From: Cyanobacteriota bacterium
Lineage (GTDB): Bacteria; Cyanobacteriota; Cyanobacteriia; PCC-6307; Cyanobiaceae
Reading direction: 5' to 3'
Length of the DNA: 64,000 nt
NCBI GenBank assembly: GCA_046052125.1
Contig: JBJOMY010000001.1
Span: 576,001-640,000 of the forward strand
A program made the position numbers and the translations under genes. The first letter of the stretch is position 1. Each line of letters opens with the position of its first letter. The notes beneath the pieces were generated by a model. That model saw only the letters and a program-made list of their open reading frames with translations. It was not told where the DNA came from and did no database searches. Shown piece by piece: positions 48,801-61,057 of the stretch.

Positions 48801-49973
48801 TCAGAGCGGTTCAGCGCCCTCGCCCAGGATCGCCAGGTAGGCGTCGTAGGCGAACAGGCGGTTGCGCCGACCGCCGGTGATCTCGCGGGCGATACCCAGT
48901 TCCACCAGGGTCTCGAGAACCTTGCCGGCAGTGGGGAAACTCAGTCCACTCAGCTCTTTGAGCTGCTTGGTGCTGGTGAGCGGTCGCTGCCGCAACGCCG
49001 CATAGCCCTGGCGCACGCTCGGCCCGGAGCGTCCGAGGCCGACCAGGCGCTCCTCATCGGTTCGGAACAGGGCGAGCAGCCGCTGGGCGGTGGCCACGGC
49101 GGCCGAGGCCGTGCTCTCGACACCCTCCAGGAAGAAGTCAATCCAGGCCTCCCAGTCGCCCTGCTGGCGGACACCATCGAGCAGCTCGTAGTAGCGGCTG
49201 CGGTGCTCCTTGAAGAACAGACTCAGGTAGAGCAGCGGCTGCTGGAGCACACCGGCCTCGATCAGCATCAGCACGATCAGCAGGCGGCCCAGGCGGCCGT
49301 TGCCATCGAGGAAGGGGTGGATCGTCTCGAACTGAACGTGGGCCAGGGCGGCACGCACCAGCACAGGCAGGGAGTGTTCACCGTGCTGGCCGCCGTGAAT
49401 GAAGTGCTCCAGCTGGCCCATGCAGGGCTCCACCTGAGCCGGTGGCGGCGGCACGAAACGGGCGTTGCCCGGCCTGGTGCCACCGATCCAGTTCTGGCTG
49501 CGCCGGAACTCACCCGGCAGGCGATCGGCACCGCGGCCCCGGGCCAGCAACCGGCCATGGATCTCGCGCAGCAGGCGAGAGGACAGGGGAAAGCCCTCGC
49601 TCAGCCGGGCCAGGCCATGCTCCAGCCCAGCGACGTAACTGGAGACCTCCACCACGTCATCGAAAGGCACGCCGGGAGCCTCCTCCAGTTCAAAGAGGAG
49701 CAGGTCGGAGAGCGAGGACTGGGTGCCTTCGATCTGGGAGGAGAGCAGGGCCTCGCGGCGCACGTAGGCGTAGAGGAACAGCTCCGGATCAGGGAGCAGG
49801 GCAGAGACCCCATCGAGGCGGCCGCAAGCCAGCAGCGCCCGATCGTGCAACGCCTGCAGCGGCCCCTCCAGCAACACCGGCGGATCGGGCGGCAATGGCG
49901 CTGGCACGAACGCCCGGACCGATTCCCCAGCGGTGCTGGTGATCTCGTAGCGACCGGTGCTGTCGCGGCGCAC
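48801..49973 (-). CDS. Fic family AMPylase (class II, with C-terminal HTH-like region)
   Basis: Catalytic HPFLDGNGRLGR motif and N-terminal inhibitory SSQIEG motif. Confidence 0.93.
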   Translation of the reverse strand: MRRDSTGRYEITSTAGESVRAFVPAPLPPDPPVLLEGPLQALHDRALLACGRLDGVSALLPDPELFLYAYVRREALLSSQIEGTQSSLSDLLLFELEEAPGVPFDDVVEVSSYVAGLEHGLARLSEGFPLSSRLLREIHGRLLARGRGADRLPGEFRRSQNWIGGTRPGNARFVPPPPAQVEPCMGQLEHFIHGGQHGEHSLPVLVRAALAHVQFETIHPFLDGNGRLGRLLIVLMLIEAGVLQQPLLYLSLFFKEHRSRYYELLDGVRQQGDWEAWIDFFLEGVESTASAAVATAQRLLALFRTDEERLVGLGRSGPSVRQGYAALRQRPLTSTKQLKELSGLSFPTAGKVLETLVELGIAREITGGRRNRLFAYDAYLAILGEGAEPL

Positions 49974-50188
49974 GAAACCTCCTTTGGGGCGAACCTTGAA
50001 TACGCGTCAAGCTTATTCAAGAGAGAGTCACCTGCGTTAAATAAAGGTGCTTTCGGGCGGATGAGCTCGCCCCCTGTTCCCGCAGGGAGATCAGCACGGG
50101 GAAGGCCAGCTGCAGACAACCGACTCCCTCTCGCCAGCAGCGCCCAGGGCGATGACAATCGCAGAAGGCCATCTGCGGGTGCCAGACG

Positions 50189-50575
50189 ATGAGTCCTCGC
50201 CTGATCATTTCCGACAACCGCGACGACCCCGGCAATCCGCTGGTGCTCGATGGCGAGGCCATTGACGCGGCAGCCAGCGACCCCGTGGCGATCGGCAAAC
50301 TGATGGTCGATCAGGTGTGGGCAGAAGGCACCGATCCCACAGGTGGGGGCCTCTACTACGAACGCAGCAGCAACCGGCACCGGCGCCTGCAGGCCTTCGA
50401 GACCGGCCACGAGGACTACATGACCGGCGGCTGGGTGCGAGTGCTGGCCACGGCAGAACAGGTGAGCAGGGAGCGGGCAGGAATGGAGCAGGCCGCCAGG
50501 CACGGGCTGGTCACGATCCACGGCAGCCACCGGGGCGTGCTGCTGGTCGAGTTTCTGGATGTGGCCTGGGCCTGA
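50189..50575 (+). CDS. Hypothetical protein
   Basis: 128-aa ATG ORF with protein-like composition. Confidence 0.6.
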   Translation: MSPRLIISDNRDDPGNPLVLDGEAIDAAASDPVAIGKLMVDQVWAEGTDPTGGGLYYERSSNRHRRLQAFETGHEDYMTGGWVRVLATAEQVSRERAGMEQAARHGLVTIHGSHRGVLLVEFLDVAWA

Positions 50576-51055
50576 CCGGCATACCGCAGGGCTCCGGTCG
50601 GCAGCGGCCGTCCTTCAGCGTGCCACGGCTGCGCCGTGGCGTGCATCGGCCAGCCGCCGCCGCCCTCCGCTCCGGGGCCGGTGTTGGGGTGGCAGGCAGG
50701 GCTGCTTTCCCGCGGCTGCGGTGGCCAGGCGCTTCAGTCCATTGGGCTGCCAGATCGCTGCCCAGAGATGTCTCGCGCGACTGCGCGGTCAGATGTTTTT
50801 TTAGAGCCCCATTCGTTGCCGATCCCTCGTCGCTCATTTGCAGCGTCTCAAGATGGCCAGCGCCTGCCCAGATCCACTGCGGCACAACGAAACTGGCCCG
50901 CCTTTAGTGCGTTTGCACTGGTAGAATAAGGGCTGCGCCAAAGGCCCTGAGCCCATCGCCGGCGGCAACCTCATCCCCTGGTCTCGCCATCACCGCTGCG
51001 TAGTTCAGAGCAGTTGTGATGCCCCGATCAGTTGTCATTTTCGGCAACTGAATCC

Positions 51056-51559
51056 ATGGATCTTTGTGTATTGCCACGGCCCATTGAGGCCCCCTCCCGT
51101 TCCCTGGTGATCGCCGCCGGTGGCGGCCGTGATCTGGCCTGGCCCCATCAGCGCATTGCCGCTGAGCTGCTCGCCCGCAGTGGCGGCCGGCTGGTGCATC
51201 TGGTGCTCCATGGCGGGGCCCGCGGGGCCGATGCCGCCATTGGCCGGGCTGCCCATCAGCTGGGCTGGTCCTCTGTGGTGATGCCAGCCCGATGGGAGCG
51301 CCACGGCCGGGCCGCCGGGCCGATTCGGAATCGCGAGCTGCTGGAGCAGGCCATTGCCCGAGCCGTCGCCCACACCTCCCCCAGCTGTCTCGCCTCGGTG
51401 CTGGTGGTGGCTTTCCCCGGCGGCCCTGGCACCGCCTCCCTGGTGCAGCAGGCCCGCCGTCTCGCTTCCCGATCCCCGGTGCCGATCGCCGTGGTGGAGG
51501 TCAGTCCATCGGCCGGGCTGTGGGCCGTTCCATCCCCAGAGCTTCCGCCTGGCGCCTGA
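51056..51559 (+). CDS. SLOG superfamily protein (DUF2493/YspA-like)
   Basis: GGGRD, HGGARGAD, GRAAGPIRN and AFPGGPGT motifs. Confidence 0.85.
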   Translation: MDLCVLPRPIEAPSRSLVIAAGGGRDLAWPHQRIAAELLARSGGRLVHLVLHGGARGADAAIGRAAHQLGWSSVVMPARWERHGRAAGPIRNRELLEQAIARAVAHTSPSCLASVLVVAFPGGPGTASLVQQARRLASRSPVPIAVVEVSPSAGLWAVPSPELPPGA

Positions 51560-51623
51560 GGCCGCCTGCCCCGGCCCCATCCATTGCATCCGCTTTCTCC
51601 GTTTCCCATCACCTCTCACCGTC

Positions 51624-52259
51624 ATGGCTGTTCTCACCGCAATCCCTGCCGCTCCAGTCGAGGCCCCTGCCCAAGCGGCAGCCCCCTCGGCATCCGGCCC
51701 CTCCTGCTCGATTCAGCGATCAGGCTCGCTCTGGCAGCTGGGCATCGAGGCCCAGGAGCTCACCACCGCCATCGGCCAGCTGGCCGAGCAGCTGGAAGCC
51801 GACGACCCCGAACAGCGCGCCTCAGCCCTGGCTGAGCTGGAGGCCGCCCTATTGGCAGAGGAGGGCAACAAAGCAGCTCTATCCGCCAAGGCCGATGCCA
51901 CCTGCTGGGTGATCGAGCACCTGCGCGGCCAGGCCGCCTACCGCCAGCAGCAGGCCAAGCGCCTCAGCGATCTGGCCCGCTCCGATGCCGGCCGGGCCGA
52001 TGCCCTGGAGGAGTCGCTGATCTTTGTCCTCACCCAGCTGCAGCCCAGCGCCACCCGTTTCTCGTTCCCCAATCACGAGCTCACCTCCCGCAAATCCTCC
52101 GCCGTGGTGATCGACGACGAGCAGGCCCTCGATGCCGAGTGGCTCGCCGTCACCACCACCACCAAGCCCGACAAGGCCGCCATCAAAGAGGCCCTCAAGG
52201 CCGGCCGCCAGATCACCGGCGCCCAGCTCCTCTCCCGCCGCTCCTGGCGCATCCACTGA
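51624..52259 (+). CDS. Siphovirus Gp157 family protein
   Basis: SLWQL, coiled coil, RKSSAVVIDDE...PDKAAIKEALKAGRQITGAQL. Confidence 0.85.
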   Translation: MAVLTAIPAAPVEAPAQAAAPSASGPSCSIQRSGSLWQLGIEAQELTTAIGQLAEQLEADDPEQRASALAELEAALLAEEGNKAALSAKADATCWVIEHLRGQAAYRQQQAKRLSDLARSDAGRADALEESLIFVLTQLQPSATRFSFPNHELTSRKSSAVVIDDEQALDAEWLAVTTTTKPDKAAIKEALKAGRQITGAQLLSRRSWRIH

Positions 52260-52361
52260 GGGAGGGGGGGCAGAGCCCTCTTTCACGTGGGCTTGCTGCA
52301 GGAGCGGGCCCACGTGATCGGCCCCGAACCACAACAGCAACCAGAAGCCAATCCCAGAGCC

Positions 52362-52574
52362 ATGGATCTTTCCAGCTACGCCAGCGCCACCGCCACCAAC
52401 AGCCCCAGCAGCACCAGGCCCAGGGGGCACATCTGGTCAACCCGGCTGTGCAGCTGGGTGGTGCCGATCACCCGCAAGGGCAGCCGCCGGCCCTCGCCAG
52501 ATCACATCTATTGCAGCGAACCGCCCTGCTGGTTGCTGATCGAGCCCCTCGATCCAGCCAGCACCGCCAGTTGA
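52362..52574 (+). CDS. Small hypothetical protein
   Basis: 70-aa ATG ORF between Gp157 and Rad52. Confidence 0.4.
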   Translation: MDLSSYASATATNSPSSTRPRGHIWSTRLCSWVVPITRKGSRRPSPDHIYCSEPPCWLLIEPLDPASTAS

Positions 52575-52628
52575 TCGCCTGCTGTCCATCCATTCCCGTT
52601 CTGACCGCACACCTCACCCCTCATCGCC

Positions 52629-53504
52629 ATGACCTGCACCTTCTCCACCGAGCAGATCACTGCCCTCTCCGCCCCCCTGGATCGCGCCAAGGTGCGCCAG
52701 CGGGAGCAGGGCCGCAGCCAGGTGAGCTACCTGGAGGGGTGGCAGGTGATCGCGGAAGCCAACCGCATCTTTGGCTTTGACGGCTGGCAGCGCGAAACCG
52801 TCGCCCTGCGCTGCGTCAACCAGAGCGAGCGCACCATCGGCCGGGACCAGCGCCCCGGCTGGGGAGTCACTTACACCGCCCGGGTGCGCATCACCGTGGG
52901 CGAGAGCACTGGTGCCCAGTTGATCCGTGAGGGCTGCGGCGCCGGCCACGGCATCGACACCGACCTGGGCCAGGCCCATGAATCCGCCCTCAAGGAAGCC
53001 GAAACCGACGCCATGAAGCGGGCGCTGATGACCTTTGGCAATCCCTTCGGCTTGGCGCTCTATGACAAGCAGCAGCGGGAGGTGACGGGGGCTGCTGGCG
53101 GGGGCGCTGCTCGTCCCGCCAACCAGCCAGCGGCCCGGCCCACGGCGTTGCGGGTGGTGCCCGCTACGTCGGCTCCGGCTCCGCACCGAGCCCCATCCAC
53201 GCAGGAGGGCCAGAGGGAGGCGACATCGAAAACTGAGCCACCCGCAGCTGCAACGGCTCAAGTTGCTCCAGCTGCCGCAGCACCCCAACCACAACCGGAT
53301 CCCGGCCTGAGCCCTCTCGATCCGGCCACCATCCGTCAGCTGCACGCCACCATCCGGGCCCTTCCCGCCCCGGTGCTGGAGGGTTTCAGCAAGGCCTTTC
53401 GCAAGCGCTTCCAGGTACCGGCTGACGCCCCCTCGATCGCCGATCGGATTTGCCAGCGCAGGCATCACGACTGGATCGAGACGTTTTTGGTGTCGCACCG
53501 CTAG
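52629..53504 (+). CDS. Rad52/Rad22 family (Sak-like) ssDNA-annealing protein
   Basis: SYLEGWQVIAEANRIFGFDGW and A.KEAETDAMKRALMTFGNPFGLALYDK motifs. Confidence 0.92.
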   Translation: MTCTFSTEQITALSAPLDRAKVRQREQGRSQVSYLEGWQVIAEANRIFGFDGWQRETVALRCVNQSERTIGRDQRPGWGVTYTARVRITVGESTGAQLIREGCGAGHGIDTDLGQAHESALKEAETDAMKRALMTFGNPFGLALYDKQQREVTGAAGGGAARPANQPAARPTALRVVPATSAPAPHRAPSTQEGQREATSKTEPPAAATAQVAPAAAAPQPQPDPGLSPLDPATIRQLHATIRALPAPVLEGFSKAFRKRFQVPADAPSIADRICQRRHHDWIETFLVSHR

Positions 53505-53599
53505 GTGCGCTCAGCAAAGCAGCACCAGTCGCCGCCAGAGGTCGCCGCTGCCCTCCACGGCTGAGCCGATCAGACAGGACACGACAGGGGCAACCGTGC

Positions 53600-53615
53600 T
53601 AGTACATGCGTACGC
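53600..53615. promoter_or_regulatory. Candidate cyanobacterial LexA box
   Basis: TAGTACATGCGTACGC contains AGTAC-N4-GTAC, 14 bp upstream of the 53630 start. Confidence 0.6.
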
Positions 53616-53629
53616 ATTGACCATGAGTC

Positions 53630-53914
53630 ATGGGCGCCCCTCTACCCCGACCCGCAGCACTGAATGCCCGGCTCGAAACTCCTGTCGAGGAGTGGCCGTA
53701 CCTCGATGAGGGCACCCTGCTGAAAACCCGCAGCCGCAAGGTCTGCATGACCTGCCACTGGTTTCGCCACCACGCCGGGGTGAACTGCATCCCGGTGCTC
53801 ACCTGCCAGCTGCATCAAGGCCTCATCGCCCATGGCGAGCACCTCACCAGCCGCTGCCAGGGTTGGACCGATGACATGACACGGCAGCAGGGCTGGGCGC
53901 CGGAGGTGGCCTAA
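53630..53914 (+). CDS. Small Cys/His-rich (putative metal-binding) protein
   Basis: CMTCHWFRHH...C....TCQLHQG...H....C. Confidence 0.7.
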   Translation: MGAPLPRPAALNARLETPVEEWPYLDEGTLLKTRSRKVCMTCHWFRHHAGVNCIPVLTCQLHQGLIAHGEHLTSRCQGWTDDMTRQQGWAPEVA

Positions 53915-53924
53915 GCAGGGCTCA

Positions 53925-54218
53925 ATGAACGTCGTCGACCGGCCCGCCCGCCCGCCGCTCTCGCCTCAGGAGGGCTGGATCAGTAATGGCCGGCAGGTGC
54001 TCCACTTCAAGCCGCTCCGCTACGACCGCTGGAGCCAGTCGCTGGAGCTGACCCTTGGGGAGGTGATGCCTGCCGGGGAGCCGCCGCTGCTGAAGAGCCG
54101 CAAGGAGATCACTCGCGTCGAGGCGATCAGGCTCTGGGCCGAGAAGCGCAAGGCTGGCTGGCAGACGTGCCCTCCTCAGTGGACACCACCCACTCCGCTG
54201 CGAGTCCTGCGGAGTTGA
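53925..54218 (+). CDS. DUF1651 family protein
   Basis: GWI...QVLHFKP, PPLLKSRK, AI.LW....GW..C.PQW pattern. Confidence 0.75.
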   Translation: MNVVDRPARPPLSPQEGWISNGRQVLHFKPLRYDRWSQSLELTLGEVMPAGEPPLLKSRKEITRVEAIRLWAEKRKAGWQTCPPQWTPPTPLRVLRS

Positions 54219-54265
54219 TGTGGCAGTCCTTCCGGTACACAGGTAACTGTTCTGTCTTCTCCAGG

Positions 54266-55348
54266 TCAGTGGCGATGGCGGTGGTGAGCATCACTCACAT
54301 GGGGATGGACATGCTCCTGTTCCTGATGGTGGTGCTGATGGGCATGCCAGTAGGCCCGATTCGCCGGCACGCCATCCAGTTCTGCCCCGCAGTGCGCATG
54401 GTCGTGATGGAGATCGGGATGGGCTGGGTCGTGGTGGTGCCGGTGGTTATGGCGTAGCGGTGCGTGGTGATGCCAATGGCTGTGCTGCTCACGCAGTAGT
54501 AGCACCACCCCAGCGGCCATCAAGAACGCTGCCACGCTGAGGGGTGGGGTCAGCTGCTCTCGGAGCACCAGCAGGGAAAACAGGGAGCCAACAAACGGAG
54601 CCGTGGAGAAGATCACGGCCTCGCGGGCAGCCCCCAGATCACGCAGAGCGAGTAGGTCGAGCCAGATGGAGATGCCATAGCCGAGGGCGCCGATTCCCAG
54701 CAGCCCGCTGATCACTGGAAGTGATGGGAACGATTCACCCAGTAGGAGAGCCAAGCCGAGCATTGGCAGGGAAGCTCCCACCGCTTTGAGGCTGGCGATC
54801 TGGATCGGATTGCGCAGGCTCAGCCGCTGGCTGAGGTTGTTATCGATGGCCCAGGCCAGGGTCGCCAGGGCGATCAGGCTGGCCCCAGGCCAAGAGGCAG
54901 CGCTGAGGGTGCCTCCGGAGAGCACCACTGCACCGGCCAGGGTGAGAGCAGCGGACAGCAGGCCGCGTTTGCCGAGATGCTCCCGCCCCACGGCCACGGC
55001 AATGGTGAGGGTGAACACGGCCTCCAGATTGAGCAGTAGGGAGCTGGATGCCGCCGGCAGACGGGCCAGCCCGAGCACCAACGCAAGAGGGCCCACCACA
55101 CCTCCCAGCAGCGTGAGGCTCACCAGTGCGGGCCAGTCCTGACGCTGCACCGGAGTTTCCGCCTGGGCTCGGCCCTGAATCAACCGCACTGCCAGCAACG
55201 CCAGACCGGCGCCCGCGTAGAGCAGCCCGGCGATGCTCAGAGCCGACCCGGAACCAGTCAGCGTGCTGATCAATGGCGCGCTGCAGCCAAAGAGCACGGC
55301 AGCGGTGAGACCTGCCAGTTGTCCCCGTCGAACAGATGCATGGGCCAT
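54266..55348 (-). CDS. EamA/DMT transporter with His-rich C-terminal tail
   Basis: About 10 hydrophobic helices with DNNL and FSTAPF, then the tail HSHWHHH...HVHPHVSDAHHRHRH. Confidence 0.88.
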   Translation of the reverse strand: MAHASVRRGQLAGLTAAVLFGCSAPLISTLTGSGSALSIAGLLYAGAGLALLAVRLIQGRAQAETPVQRQDWPALVSLTLLGGVVGPLALVLGLARLPAASSSLLLNLEAVFTLTIAVAVGREHLGKRGLLSAALTLAGAVVLSGGTLSAASWPGASLIALATLAWAIDNNLSQRLSLRNPIQIASLKAVGASLPMLGLALLLGESFPSLPVISGLLGIGALGYGISIWLDLLALRDLGAAREAVIFSTAPFVGSLFSLLVLREQLTPPLSVAAFLMAAGVVLLLREQHSHWHHHAPLRHNHRHHHDPAHPDLHHDHAHCGAELDGVPANRAYWHAHQHHHQEQEHVHPHVSDAHHRHRH

Positions 55349-55368
55349 GGCGGACCGTTCGTGCGTGC

Positions 55369-56534
55369 TCAGTTCCGGGATGCCGGCTGGGGACCAGCCA
55401 TGGCTTCGCGCAGCTTGGCCGTGTTGCCGCTCAGCAGCAGATCGCTACTGCGCAGGCCCTGCAGGATTTCGACTCGCTCAGCAGACTGCTGTCCCACGAC
55501 CACTGGCACCGCCTGCACCATCCCCCGCTGGTAACGGAACACCGTTGGCGTCCCATTCACCAGCTGCACGGCGTCGGCAGGCACCGACAAGCGTTGCTCG
55601 GAGGCCGGCACCTGCACAAAGGCGGTCACCGCCGTCCCAGCTGGGGGCAGGGGTGCATCGACGGTCTCGGCACGCACCACGTTGACCCGGTTGGCACTGC
55701 CGCTGTCTGGAGCCACGGCCAGCACGCGGGCGCGCAGCTCGCGAGATCCTGCCCGCACCCGCAGCAGCTGGCCGCTCGCCAGGTTGGCGGCCAGCACCGG
55801 CGACACCAGAAAGCGCAGTTCGCTGCCGCGAGCATCGCTCACCTGCGCCACCTCCTCACCGGCCTGGAGCACCACTCCCGGTGAGGCCTTCACGGCCGCG
55901 ATCCGGCCGCGGATCGGGCTGCGGATCAGCAGACGGCCCATGCCATCGGGCTGTCCCATCGCCGAGACCTTGGCCGTGGCAGCCCGGGCTTCAGCCGCTG
56001 CCGTCACGCTGGCGATCCGGCGACTCTCCAGCTCCTGCGCGGAGAGAGCACCCTGGCGGGCCATGGGCAGGGCCAGCCGGTATTGATAGGCCAGCGACTG
56101 GGCCGTGGCCCGGGCTGCATCCGCATCGGCACGCACCACGGCTGCATCGGGGCTCTGCACTGCAGCGATCGGCTCGCCGGCCTCGACGGCAGCACCCGGT
56201 GCCACCAGCACTCGCACGATCCGACCCGCCACCAGCATGCCGACGCTGGAACTCGCCCCTACCGATGCCTCCACAAAGCCGGAGATCGGCCGTTCGGTGC
56301 CGCTGCTCACCTCCGGGCGCACCGCGGCCAGGCCTGAGCGACGCAGTTGCTCGTCGCTGAACGCGAGGGCGTCGCTGCGCTCGGTGCTGGCTGTTTCGGC
56401 AGCTGACGGGGCTTTGCCTGGGCTGCCCTGGAGTCGCCCCAGCGCGATGCCCAGCAGCAGCGTTGCGCCGATCGCCACAGGAAGCAGCACCCGGGGCTGA
56501 CGCAGACGACCCGTGAGGCGGGGAAGGCTGAGGT

Positions 56535-56538
<4 letters not shown>
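55369..56538 (-). CDS. RND efflux periplasmic adaptor (MFP)
   Basis: N-terminal TM helix, GRIVRVLV.PG..V.AG and IRSPIRGRI lipoyl halves; ATGA-coupled to the RND pump. Confidence 0.88.
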
Positions 56539-59662
<3,124 letters not shown>

Positions 59663-59666
<4 letters not shown>

Positions 59667-60244
59667 TCGCCCCGCTTGTTGCGGCGGCTGAGCAGCACCG
59701 CGCCTGCGGCTACCACCACAGCAACGCCGGCTCCAGCGGCGATCAGCGGCAGCTTGCTGCTCTCCATGGTTTCGCCGGTTTCCGATTGGGTGGCAGCGCC
59801 CGCTTCTGCGGCAGGCTCCTCAGCCTGCTGGGTCTTCATCGACTCGGCATAGAGCGACAGCGCGCCGGAGATCACGATGTCGTCAGTGAGATCGATCCCT
59901 TCGCTCACCACCACCCGGTCGCCCTGGTTGGCGCCGGTCTGCACGTAAACAGGGTCAAAGGTGCTGTCGGTCTGCACGAACAGCAGCGGCTTGCCATTGG
60001 CGTCCACCAGGGCGGTAGAGGGCACGGTGAGGCCATCGGGGCCCGATTCAGGCCTGGCCGTGGCCACCCCCAGGAGAGCATCGCTCTCGGCATTGCGTTT
60101 CACCTGGCGGGCATCGCCCTGCTGCTGAAACTCATCGCCATGGCCCACGTGGGCCATGGCTCCAGGAGCGATCAAGAGGAGACTGAACAGAGCAACGGCG
60201 CTGAGGCTGGTGCTGGCGGCGAGCCGCAGGATCCGGTGGCGCAA
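59663..60244 (-). CDS. Exported/membrane-anchored HVGH-motif protein with partial MFP C-terminal domain
   Basis: Signal peptide, mature N-terminus HVGHGDEF, LTVPSTALVDANGKPLLFV...V.TG...GI and a C-terminal TM helix. TTG start at 60244 is inferred. Confidence 0.7.
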
Positions 60245-60287
60245 AACCGTGCGGAGCGGGAACTGGGCGGAGGATCGCGCAGCTGGG

Positions 60288-60304
60288 ATGAAAAACAGGT
60301 GAAA
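60288..60304. promoter_or_regulatory. OmpR-type direct repeat TTTCAC-N5-TTTCAT (minus strand)
   Basis: 11-bp-period repeat in the divergent promoter, similar to the TTTCA direct repeats bound by Synechocystis CopR/NrsR. Confidence 0.6.
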
Positions 60305-60346
60305 TCGCCTGCGCTCACTAGCATCAGCACCCTGGATCCACCCCTG

Positions 60347-61057
60347 ATGCCGCTGCGGATCCTGCTGGTGGAAGACGAGAACGATCTGGCCGCTGCCATC
60401 CAGACGGTGCTGCAGCAGCAGGGCCATGTGGTGGACCACTGCGGTGATGGCCTCAGTGGCTGGACGCTGCTGAGCGGCGAGCTGGCCCGCTACGACCTGG
60501 TCATCCTCGATTGGATGCTGCCGGATCTGAGCGGGGTGGATCTCTGCCGGCGTGCGCGGGCTGCAGGCATGGGCCTACCGCTGCTACTGCTCACGGCCCG
60601 CAGTGACACGGCCGATCGGGTGGAGGGCCTCGATGCCGGTGCCGACGACTACCTCAGCAAGCCCTTTGCGATGGAGGAGCTGCTGGCGCGGATCCGGGCG
60701 CTGCAGCGCCGCCACCCCGGTTATCGGGAGCCGCTGCTGACGGCAGGGAGGTATCAGCTGGACCCCACCACAGGCACATTGTTAGTGCAGGTCGGCGGAC
60801 AGGCGATCAGCGTGGAGCTGTCGGCCAAGGAGCAGCAGTTGATGGCCTACTTCCTGGAGCATCCGGGCCAGGTCATCCCGGGATCGCGGCTGCGCCACCA
60901 GCTCTGGGATGTGCATCAGGATCCGGTGAGCAATGTGGTGGCGGCCCAGGTGCGGTTGCTGCGGCGCAAGTTGGAGGCGCACGGTGTTCCCTCGCCGATC
61001 AAGACGGTGCCCAGCAGGGGCTATCGCTTTGTTCCGCAGGCGGCCGCTACGCCATGA
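60347..61057 (+). CDS. OmpR-family response regulator (NrsR/RppA-like)
   Basis: ILLVEDE, DWMLP, GADDYLSKPF and NVVAAQVRLLRRKL motifs. Confidence 0.93.
   Translation: MPLRILLVEDENDLAAAIQTVLQQQGHVVDHCGDGLSGWTLLSGELARYDLVILDWMLPDLSGVDLCRRARAAGMGLPLLLLTARSDTADRVEGLDAGADDYLSKPFAMEELLARIRALQRRHPGYREPLLTAGRYQLDPTTGTLLVQVGGQAISVELSAKEQQLMAYFLEHPGQVIPGSRLRHQLWDVHQDPVSNVVAAQVRLLRRKLEAHGVPSPIKTVPSRGYRFVPQAAATP

Noticed and set aside
44131..54218. Complete prophage
   Set aside because: No terminase, portal, capsid, tail or lysis genes are visible in the window.
54234..54248. Second LexA-like box GGTACACAGGTAACT
   Set aside because: The right half-site is mismatched and there is no co-oriented gene downstream.
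59786..60439. Long N-terminal extensions given for the response regulator (59786) and for 59663..60439
   Set aside because: They would overlap each other across the divergent promoter. Starts at 60347 and ~60244 fit the domain boundaries.
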